This document shows, one piece after another, positions 38,400 through 48,743 of a stretch of DNA of 64,000 nt. The stretch lies in the NCBI GenBank assembly GCA_013265495.1, contig MU058198.1:4913779-4977778 (forward strand). The letters run 5' to 3'. The position numbers and the translations under genes were made by a program. Source of the stretch: Vicugna vicugna. Taxonomy: Eukaryota. The notes under the pieces are model-generated. The model was not told the origin of the DNA and did not search any database. It saw only the letters and a program-made list of their open reading frames with translations. Position 1 is the first letter of the stretch; the number at the start of each line of letters is the position of its first letter.

Positions 38400-39030
38400 T
38401 TGAAGGAAGCTCAGTCTTTTGGCCCAATCCACTCCAAGTCCTCTCCTTTCTAGGGTGAGAAAGTCCTGGAACATGGGAGTCCTGAGTGGAGTGAGAAGGA
38501 AACACGTTCTTAGGAGCCTCTGGGAAGATAAGATATTTTAGGCAGATGGAACAGCATTTAACTAGGCAGAAAGAAGGGGACGGCGTGGCCTATTTTAGGG
38601 AAACTGCAAGTAGTTAATTCAGTATGGCTGGATCTACACAAAATGCCAAAGGGGAGGTGGGGAGAGGGGAGAGGGGAGGTGGGGAGAGGGGAGAGGTGAG
38701 GTGGGGGGCAGCACGGACCCTCGGGAAACAGCAGACCATGCTCCGAACTTCTGACTGCAGCTTTGGCGTCAGCTGAGTGCTGGCTGCCATCCTTTGCACT
38801 GGTATTTATAGGTACACCATATTTGGGTGGCAGCAGCATTCCCTTCTGGAGGGAATCTATTTTTGCTACATGAATATATTGATAAGTTTTGGGGGTGGGT
38901 GGGAGCAGTTGTGAGAGCTTCTAGGATTTTGTTTTCCTTCATAGGATATGCAGGCTGAGGGGAGAGATGAGTTTCTAGGAATCATGAAAGGGGATTTGTA
39001 AAAGGCTGGGCAGCCTAAGAAGAGAAGGGG
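38400..39030 (-). mobile_element. L2 remnant containing a G-rich 22-bp minisatellite
   Basis: ttttaggcagatggaacagca...tttagggaaactgcaagtag is antisense L2; ggggaggtggggagaggggaga x ~2.5 at 38651-38708. Confidence 0.55.
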
Positions 39031-39099
39031 GTGATGTTTCCATTAGGGTGAGAACAGACGAGTCTGATGGGAAACTTTCTGGGATGACCTTTCTGCTCT

Positions 39100-39930
39100 C
39101 TAGACAGAAGCAGACGCACACAGTGGCTGAGCTTGTGTAGGTGATTTGGGAGGTGCGGGGATCCCACGAAGGGAGTGGGGAGGTGACGGGGAAAGGGAAG
39201 GCAGCTAGACTGGGGTGCATTAGTAAGCCAGTCGTCATCGTGGGTATTTAAAACCCAACCCTACAGGAGAAACTCTGGGAAAATGCCATTTGCAGCAATA
39301 TGGATAGACTTGGAGATCGTCATTCTAATTGAAGTAAGCCAGAAGAAGAATGAAAAATACCATACAATATCACTCATATGTGGAATCTGAAAAAAAAAAG
39401 ACACAAATGAACTTATTTACAAAACAGAAACAGACTCACAGACGTAGAAAACAGACTCATGGTTACCGGGGTGGGGGAAGGGTGGGAAGGGATAAATTGG
39501 GAGTTTGAGATTTGCAGATACCGCTGTATATAAAATAGATGAACAAGTTTATCGCGTACGGCACAGGGAACTCTATTCACTGTGTTGGACTAGCCTATAA
39601 TGAAAAAGAAAGTGAAAAGGAATATATGTGTGTATATGTATGACTGAAACATTACACTGTACACCAGAAATCGACACAACATTGGAAACTGACTATACTT
39701 CAATTTTAAAAAATAGAATAAAATGCCTCTGCATCAGCCTGGCCAAAGGGGAAGTGCATGGTGAAGGAGCGCCCAGTTCCCTGGGCGCTGCCGATCCGTC
39801 GTAGGCAGGGCAAAGCAGGATTCTGAAACCTGGGGCAGCCTTCGCGGGAAGACGGAAGCTTTGCCTGCTCAGGGCAGGATGGAGTGCACGGAACTGGTGA
39901 GGGATCCGAGTGGGTATGCGGAGGGTCACC
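39100..39930. mobile_element. Old ERVL LTR remnant (LTR16/LTR33-like), split by an L1
   Basis: cagaagcagac...gtaggtgatttgggagg...gggagtggggaggtgacggggaaagggaaggcagc. Confidence 0.5.
39288..39719 (+). mobile_element. Camelid-type L1 3' end (ORF2 tail plus 3' UTR), 5'-truncated
   Basis: atttgcagcaatatggatagacttggag (ORF2 end) through gactatacttcaatt plus an A-rich tail; TSD AAAATGCC at 39280-39287 and 39720-39727. Confidence 0.92.
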
Positions 39931-40149
39931 AGCACCCTCTTGGTTTGGGACGTGGTGTCTGCTTTCCCAGGAGTTGCGTGCCAGCTTCCGTAATGTGCCT
40001 GGATGTTCTTAATACATTGGGAAGTTGAATCTGATTGGAAGATGTGCCTAATTGCTGAGTATGGCCTTCAGTTTGGCCCCCCAGGGGGCTGGAACTGTCC
40101 ACGCAGGCCTGCCTTACCTGGGACATACAGCTACGTTGACGTCATCAGC

Positions 40150-40700
40150 TCTTTCTTACTTGCAGTCACAAAAAAACTAACTCAAATTGAAAAAAAAAAA
40201 TCAAATTCATTAGGTCTTGAAACTGGAAAGTCCAAGGATGGTCTTCATGTACAGCTTAGTTCTAGGAGCTCCAAGGATCTAATCAGATTTTGGATTATCT
40301 CTCTCCATCTCTTTCTCTGGGCTGATTCCACTCTTCCCTTATTATGATAAGATGGCTTTCCAGAAGCTTCAGGTTTGCCTCCTGTCTTCCCACCAAACCC
40401 AGTCGAAACAAGACTTATGTTAACAAACAACTATGATAAATTCCAGAGTCACACTGGCTCTGATCGGCCTTCGTGGGTCGTGGTACACCTCCCGGAAGAA
40501 TTCACTGAGGTCAGGATGCTGTTTAGCTCTGACTGGCCAAAGTGAGTTCACATGCCAACGTATCCTTAGAGCTGGAGGTGGGCTGAATTCCAGCCGAATC
40601 CCATGGACTGAGAAGCAGAAAAGGAGCTGTTCCCTGAAATAAAGTGGGTGCTATTGATAGAAAAAAGGTGAGCTGAATAGATGCGAGGAAAGCAAAAATA
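40150..40700 (-). mobile_element. Old MaLR LTR (MLT1J/K-like)
   Basis: ttgcagtcacaaaaaaactaactcaaattg...aactggaaagtccaaggatgg. Confidence 0.6.
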
Positions 40701-41539
40701 AGAGATAAACCACTACAACCAAGAAAAGCCAATGAGATACTTGGAGACCTGGAGGCTCCAGCGTGTTTTAAGGACCCAATGCAAAATCAGCATCTTAGGC
40801 TACCGTGGCCTCCCCAAACCCAATTTTGTTGACTGTCCCCCTTCCTGAGCCAGACCGATGGCTTCCTTTCAAAGCTGCCGACTCTAGCTGATGGATGAGG
40901 GTCTCAGGGTTTCCGCGGCACTGGATTTCCGTTGACTGCCATAACCTTGAGCTACAGGCTTTATTGGCAGTATTTAACACAAATCTGTTTTCCATCCTTG
41001 TCAGATCCCACTTCAGTATGCGCCACAGGAGGAGCAGTCGAATGCTGAATTGATTTCTTTAATGGGAATGCAGAGAGCAACCCTTCTGGAGATGCATTAG
41101 TTGGCCTGCAATGGAATCTTTTCTCACTCGCTTTTATGGACTCTCCTCTTTGCCAGGAGCATGGAACTCTGATCTCATCATTTACCTAACTTTTTTTTTT
41201 TTTTTAAACTGGAGATTAAGAAGGTCGGGGCTCCCACCTCCAGTCTCTAGGTCGGAAGCTGGGTCTTCCAACTACTAGACTTCCTGGAGAAGACTGAAAT
41301 GTGATGATTCGTATCTGGAGATTGCAGGGGATGATGAGTGTCAAAATGTTTCTTAGCAACAAGGGGCTGGAATCGTGTGAATAAACACTTGGGAATGTTG
41401 GAGTTGGCATTCTTGCTTCGGTGGGATTTAAGGGATTGTTAATACTGTAGTTTGAGATAATTTGGTGTTTTTTTCCCAGGATGTGGTAAGAGTCTGCCTA
41501 CTTCTGTTTGGCAGGAAATCATTCCATTTCCATGTATAA

Positions 41540-41770
41540 TAACAATAATACTGGTCATTTGGGGGGGGCGTTATTATGTGCTAATCTGTGCATTATCTCA
41601 TTTAGTCCACACGACAACCCCATGACGTGGGTACTCCCACTGTGCTGATGACAGCACGGAGACTCTCCGGGTTACTTAGTTGGTCCCACGTCATACAACT
41701 CATATTATTGGTGAGTAGTGGGGGCATGTATTTGTACCTTTGTTTGATACCCAAAGGCTGTTCTTTTAGC
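41540..41770 (-). mobile_element. MIR SINE
   Basis: gcattatctcatttagtccacacgacaaccccatgacgtgggtact. Confidence 0.75.
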
Positions 41771-42142
41771 TGCCCCTATATGTTTACATCCATAAGAAGG
41801 CACTCATTAGAGGCGGATTTCATACCATAAGGATCCAGATTTGCAGATGTTGGAATGCAACAGAAAGAGAGCAATAAAATCTGGAGGAATCTGTCCAGTA
41901 CACATCCTCTTAGTCACATCCACCACACCAACTCACGGGGAAGGACCATCTTTCTTCCCTAGATGTATTTATGATGCAAGGTGTATTTCCAAAGTAGAGG
42001 AGATCTGGACCACGACTGTTGTTCTCTTGGGATATCAGGTGGACTCTCTGCCTGGAGAAAAACCCAGTGGCTTTTCCATCTTGGAATCTGTAATTTATCT
42101 TGTTTTCAACTTTCAACTTTCTCAGATCTGACCTCTCAGGGG

Positions 42143-45100
42143 ACATTGAGGTGCATGTGTCTTTTCAAATTAGTTTTTTCTTTTCCCCCAGATATAAATG
42201 CAGAAGTGGAACTTGTAGATCTGTTTTTATTTTTATTTTTTTGAGGGACTTCCTTATTGTTTTCTATAGTGGTTGCAACAATTAACGCTCCCACCAACAG
42301 TATACAAGGGTTCCCATTTCTAATATCCTTGCCATCCTTTGTTATTTGTGTTCTTTTTGATGCTGGCCATTCTGATAGGTGTGGAGCGATATCTCATTGT
42401 TTTGATTTACATTTCTCTAATAAGAGCATCTTTTCAGATGTGCCTGTTAGCCCTCTGTATGTCTTCTTTGCAAAAATGTCAGGTCTTCTGTTCAGTTTTT
42501 GATTTTTTTTTCTTTTTTGATATTGAGTTGTATGAGCTGTTTATATATTTTGGATATTAACCCCTTGTTGGTCATATCACTTACAAATATTTTCTTCCAT
42601 TCTCTAAGTTTTTTTTGCCAATGGTTTTCCTTGCTGTGCAAAAGCGTTTAAGATCAATTGGGTCCCGTTTGTTTATTTTTGCTTTCATTTCTTTTGTTTT
42701 AGGAGACAGATCAAAAAAAAAATGTTGCTATGATTTATGTCAAAGAGAGTTCTGCCTGTGTTTTCTTCTGGGAGTTTTATGGGTTCAGTCTTACATTTAT
42801 GTCTTTAATCCATTTTGAGTTTATATTTGTGGATGGTGTGATGAAATGTTATAATCTCATTCTTTTACAAATAGCTGTCCAGTTTTCCCAGCATCACTCA
42901 TTGGAGAAACTATCTTTTCTCCATTGCATATTCTTACTCCTTTGTTATAGATTAATTGACCATAAGTGTGTGGGTTTATCTCTAGGCTCTCTGTTCTGTT
43001 TCATTGATCTATATGTCTTTTTGTGCCAATACCATGCTGTTTTGATTACTGTAGCTTTGTATTACAGTCTGAACTCGGGGAGGGTGATACTTCCAACTTT
43101 GTCCTTTTTTCTCAAGATTGCTTTGGTGATTTGGGGTCTTTGGTGGTTGTACATAAATGTTAGGATTATTTATTCTAGTTCTGTGAAAAATGTCATGGGT
43201 ATTTTGATAGGGATTGAGTTAAACCTTTAGATTACTCTATGTAGTGTGGCCATTTTAACAATATTAATTCTTCCAATCCAAGAGCACAAAATATCTTTCC
43301 ACTTCTTTGTATCATCTTCAGTTTCCCTCATCAGCATTTTGTAGTTTTCAGAGTATAGATCTTTTACCTGCTTGGTTAATTTTATTCCTAGGTATTTTAT
43401 TCCTTTTGATGCAATTTCAATGGGATTAAAAAAACTTAATCTTTATCATAGTTTACATATTAGTGTAAAGAGAAACAACAGATTTCCTGTGTATTAGTCT
43501 TGTATCTTGCTACCTTGCTGAATTCATTTATTAGTTTGAATAGATTTGGGGTGGAGAGTTTAAGGTTTTCTATTTAGAGTTTTATGTCATCTGCAAATAG
43601 CAACAGTTTTAATTCTTTCCTTCCAATTTGAATGCCTTTTATTTCTTTTTCTGTCTGATTGCTATGACTAGAACTTCCAATACAATATTAAATAGAAGTG
43701 GCAAGAGTGGGCATCCTTGTCTTGTTCCTGAATTTAGAGGAAAGTCTTTCAGCTTTTCACCATTGAGTGTAATGTTAGCTGTGAGTGTGTCATAAATGAT
43801 CTTTATTATGTTGAGATATGTTCCCTCTATACCAACTTTTATGAGAGTCTTTAATATGAGTCGGTGTTGAATTCTGTTAAATGCTTTTTCTGCGTCTATT
43901 GAAATGATCATGTAATTTTTATCCTTCCTTTTATTAATATGGTGTATCACATTGCCTGATTTGTAAATATTGAAACATCCTTGTGTTCTTGGAATAAATC
44001 TCACTTGATCACAGTATTTGATCTTTTTATATATTGTTGGATTTTGGTTTGTCAGTGTTTTGTGGAGGATTTTTGCATCTATATTTATCAAAGATATTGA
44101 TCTGTAATTTTGTTTTTGTCTTAGTCTGGTTTTGGTATAAGGGAAATGGTGGTCTTTCAGAATGAATTTTGTATTGTTCACTCATCTTTAATTTTTGGGA
44201 AAAGTTTGAGAAGGAAAGTTATTAGCGCTTCTTTATATGTTTGGTAGAATTTCCCTGTGAAACTATCTGGTCCTGTACTTTTGTTTGCTGGGAGTTTTCG
44301 TTTTTATTACAAATTAAATTTCACTGCTAGTGATTCATCTCTTCAAATTGTCTGTTTTCTTCTTGATTCATTCTTGGCAGGCTGGTGTTTCTAGAAATGT
44401 GTCCATTTCTTCTAGGTTGTCCAATTTGTTGGCATATGATTTTTTTTAGTAGTATGTTTGTGTTCCTTTCTTTTTGTTTTTTGTGTATCTGCTGAAAGTT
44501 TTTGATTGGTGGTTACCATGGGGTTCAAATATGTTGATCTATAACTGTAAACCTGTTTTAAATTGGTAGTCATTTCAGTTTAAACACATTCTAAAAGTAC
44601 TACATTTTTTACTCCCTTCCCCTCTTTTTGTTTTTAATATCATATTTTACATCTTCATGTTTATCCCTTAACTGTTAATTGTATTTATAATTGCTTTTAC
44701 AATTTTTTTTGTCTTTTAATCTTGTGCTAGCTTATTTAAATGGTTGATTCTCAGTCATTACTATATAGTAGGCCTTTCTAGTGGGATTTTTCCCTTTCTT
44801 GTAGATTATTGCTTCTTTTCCACTTAGAGAAGACCCTTTAATGTTTCTTCTAGAGTAGGTTTAATATTGCTGAATTCTTTTAGCTTTTGCTTGTCTCAGA
44901 TGTTCTTGATCTCTCCCGCAATTCTAAATTATAATCTTGGTGGGTAGATTATCCTAGGTTGCAAGTTTTATCCTTTCAGCACTTTGAATATGCCGTGCCA
45001 CTCCCTTCTGGGCTGCAAAGTTTCTGCAGAAAAATCAGCTGACAGCCTTATGGGCACTCCCTTGTAAATGACTATTTGTTTTTCTCTTGCTGCCTTTAGG

Positions 45101-46836
45101 ATTCTCTTTTTATTTTTAACTTTTTCCATTTTATTTGTGATGTGTCTTGGTATGGGTCTGTTTGGTTTCATCTTGTTTGTGACCCTGTGTGCTTTCTGTA
45201 CCTGGATATATGTTTCCTTCTTCAGGTTTGGGAAGTTTTCAGCCATAATTTCCTCAAATACATTTTTGATCCCTTTCTCTCTCTCTCTTCTCCTCCTGGG
45301 ACTCCTCTAATGGGAATGTTGGTACAGTTTTTGTTATTCCAGAGATCTCTTAAACTGTTCTCATTTTTTAAAACTTGCTTTCTTCTTGCTGTTCTAATTG
45401 AGGGATTTCCATTATTCTGTCTTCCAGATCACGTATGTGTTCTTCAGAATCACCTAGTCTGTTATTCGTTCCTTTCGGTGTGCTTTTTATTTCAGATATT
45501 GAATTCTTCCTTTTTTCTTGGGCTTTAAAAAATATTTTCTAGTTCCTTGTTAAAATTCTTACTGTGTTCATGTTTTCTTTTCCCTTATTCAGTGAACATT
45601 CTTATTACCAATGCTTTCAATTCTTTACCTGAGAAGTTGTTTATCTCTGTTTCATTATTTATTTTTTCCAGGAGGTTTTCTCTTGCTCTTTTCATTGAGA
45701 CCAGTCCTTCTGCTTTTTCATTTTGCTTCACTTTCTCTGTGTCTGTGAATATATTTTACAGAAAATATATACAGAAAAAGCATTTGGCAAAATTCACCAA
45801 GTGACAGTCACCTAGTACAGTCTTGAAAGGGTGTTCTTATGTGGGAGCATCGCTATGGCCAGTACGTCTGGAGAGAAAGCTGGATCTGATGTGGATGCAA
45901 GTCACATCTTTCCCCAGGGTGTGCTGGCAGCTGTCACCTAGGTAGAGGTAGGGCTGGAGATGGAGAGGCTAGAGCTGGAGCCAGGTGGGAGGCAAGGTTT
46001 CTCCTTTGTTCATTTGCCATCATTGCCTTATTGGAGATGCTATCTGATCCCAAGTTGCAGGAGTGGAAGCCCTGAGGGTTGGTCCCAAAGTGACTCTGTT
46101 CCCTTTAAAAGTGCACTTTCCCCTCTCCCAGCACTGGGACCCTTGCCCTAGACGGAGGGAGCACCAAAGCGGGGGGTGGGGGGGAGCTGTGCCAGCTCTC
46201 AGTTTATGTTGGCTGGAGACAGAGATCTGAGCTGTTTCCAATGTGCTGCCCATGCAGGTGCCAGCAGTTGTTTCTTTTGCTCTGCTCAGATGCAGTCCTT
46301 GGTCCAAATCCTCTTTGTCCTTCAGGGCTGATTACTCTCCACAGCCTCCGCCACCCTTGCCCTGTTGTGGAGCCACACTGTGGGGTAGATGGTGCCCGCA
46401 TTGCCTCTTGGTGTGTACTAGGGCATGAGCTGTGTTAAAATAGCCACCGTCAGAGAACTGGGCTGCTTCTGATATGCTGCTTGAATAAGCACCAGCAATG
46501 ACCACTTCTGCCCCATCCAGGCTGCATTCCAGGATGGGTCGCCTCTGCATCCCACAGTCTTTTCCCTGGTCATGGCTGCCCCAGATCCAGTGCTGCCCTG
46601 TAGTGGGTCTGTAGTGTTTACTTGGCTTGGGCTGGGGTGTGCCCGCAGGAGTCAGCCAGCTGTGTGGCTTCAATCCACCCTCTCTGCTCTTCCAGGGGCA
46701 GGCCAGTGCTTTGTCCAGGTTTCCAGCAGCATTCCTGCTAGTCCCAGTGGTCCTCCAGCCAGCCAAGGGGGCTCATCTCCCCTGCACAGGACCCCAGGAG
46801 TGGAGCACCCAATCCGTGGCTCTCACTGCTCGCCTC
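42143..46836 (-). mobile_element. LINE-1: 5' UTR, ORF1, inter-ORF, RT and C-terminal ORF2; endonuclease region and 3' UTR absent
   Basis: ORF 44968..45246 is L1 ORF1p (MAENFPNL..PRHI..ILKAAREK..IRLSADFSAETL). ORF 43639..44181 is L1 RT ([30 protein letters not shown]). GC-rich 5' UTR at ~45810-46836. Confidence 0.95.
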
Positions 46837-47075
46837 CATGGTTACCAGGTGGTGAAGGGGGTGGGAAGGGATAAACTACAAATTAGAATTTTGTTCCTCT
46901 TGGGGAGTGGTGGAAATGTTAGCCATCTTGATTGTGGGGGTGGTTTCATGGGTATACACATCTAACAAAATTCATCAAATTATACGTCTGAAATATGCAT
47001 AGTTTACTGTCCAAGAATCATATCACAATAAAGGTGTTAAATTTTTTTAATTAAAAAATTAAAAAAAAAATAAAA
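46837..47075 (+). mobile_element. Composite + strand L1 3' sequence: 41 bp of camelid-type 3' UTR, an older L1M 3' end and an A-rich tail
   Basis: 46837-46877 resembles 39458-39498; tgattgtgggggtggtttcatgggtatacac...caataaagg is an L1MC/ME-type end; A-rich 47052-47075. Confidence 0.75.
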
Positions 47076-47099
47076 GATCACTCTTTCAGCTTTGTAGGG

Positions 47100-47400
47100 A
47101 ATGTCGTGGCAAAGATGGACATTCTTGAGTCCAGGCGGACATCCTTCCCAATTAGCAACCCTTCCGGACAAAGTCCCAGGAAGGGATCTCATTGACCAGC
47201 CTTGCATAGCCTGCAAAGTCAGGGACCAGTCACCGTGACCATGATGATGTGGTGTTTTGAATGAGCACATAATCCACTTCTGGAGCCTGGGAGTGGGGTT
47301 AACCCCATGCCATCCACTGAGAATGAAGAACGAATTCCTTAAATGAACACTGAGGATATACTTAACAAATGAGGTGATGGGTGTTAGGCAAGAAAAAGTA
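47100..47400 (-). mobile_element. Old MaLR LTR fragment (MLT1K-like)
   Basis: aaagtcccaggaagggatctcattgacc...cttctggagcctgggagtgggg. Confidence 0.5.
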
Positions 47401-48006
47401 ATAGAAATCCTGTCTGCCCCTCAGTGGCATTCCTGAAGCGCAGACATCTCATCTCGGCCTGCGCACGTTCAGTGATGTCTAGGGAGTTCCCTCCTCCTTG
47501 CCTCCCCACTCCGCCACGCACCGGGGTAGCCGCTAAGGAATTGCTTGAATGGCAAGGCATTCCTTCCAGGTTTTAAACCAGGGCAATTTCCACCTATGCG
47601 GCCCTTGTGCTGCCTCTGAAGCCTGTCAAGTGAGCCCAAACACCATTCCTTGCAGCCCTTTTGAAGGGAATAACAACATCTCAACAACATCTCAAATATT
47701 TATTCTTCTGCCCTCGATAACCTCCGTTCATGTCTTGCTCTACCCGGGTCACAGTTTCTTTGCCATTCGAGATGCTTTCCGTGGCGTGCTCTGGACGTCA
47801 TCAAATTTTAAGATGCTCTGATCTGTTAGTGGTGAAGGGGCTGCTAGTTTAACTGGAGTGATTTCTTACTTTAAGCCTGAGTGAGGCTGAAATAAAGCAG
47901 TATAGTATGCAAAGGAAGTTGTTCCCAGCTCTAGACAAAGAAGTCACTAGTCAATAAACATTGACGTTGGGGCTGACAAGGTGAATAGGTGGGGGAGGCA
48001 GGATGC

Positions 48007-48033
<27 letters not shown>
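48007..48033. repeat. (TG)n microsatellite
   Basis: About 13 TG units, read directly. Confidence 0.95.
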
Positions 48034-48037
<4 letters not shown>

Positions 48038-48390
48038 CTAGGCAGTGGGAACAGTGTAAACCAAGAAAGGCACCAGAGCTTGAGGGAATAGAGTGATGTG
48101 AGTTAAAATATGACTGGGATGAAGGATAGATGGGATTTGGCCGGATATTAAGCTTGGTCGGAGGACAAGGGTCAGATAATATAGGTCAGGACCTGGTGTA
48201 TGAGGGCAGTGCAGAATGACTGAGAGTTTTAATCACGGGCAGTGACATGATCGGAGTTGTTTTGGAGAGATCGTTCTGATGAATTTGTAGAGCATGGACA
48301 GACCCTGGGGTGGTCAGAGGACCAGTGACAGGAGCCTGAGGAGCAGGCAGTGGACCAGGGAAGGAGGAGAACCAGGGCTGAGACACGGCC

Positions 48391-48743
48391 TGTCTTAGCC
48401 AGTTCAGGCTGCCGTCACAGGACACCATAGACTGGGTGACTGAAGCAACAGAAAATTGTTTCTCACGGTTCTGGAGCCTGGGGCGTCCAAGTTCAAGGTG
48501 CCAGCTGATTGGGAGAACTCTCTTTTTGATTTGCCTGCAGTCACCTTCTTGGAGAGACAGACAGAGACAGAGACAGAGATCATCTCTCTTGTGTCTTTCT
48601 CACAAGTGCACTAATCCCATTCATGAGGGCTCCACCCTCATGACTTAATCACGCACCAAAAGCCTCACCTCCAGAGACCATCACACTGGGGATTAGGATC
48701 CAACATGTGAATTTGGAGGGACACAAACATTCCTTTCATAGCA
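48391..48743 (-). mobile_element. MaLR solo LTR (MLT1A-like)
   Basis: tgtcttagccagttcaggctgcc start; cactaatcccattcatgagggctccaccctcatgac; ends catagca. Confidence 0.9.

Noticed and set aside
42730..43230. Hydrophobic + strand ORFs over L1 regions (e.g. 166 aa) as membrane proteins
   Set aside because: They are antisense translations of A-rich L1 ORF2; the Phe/Leu/Ile richness comes from the T-rich strand
43639..45246. L1 RT and ORF1 ORFs as functional genes or an active element
   Set aside because: They are fragmented by stops and frameshifts, and the endonuclease region is missing
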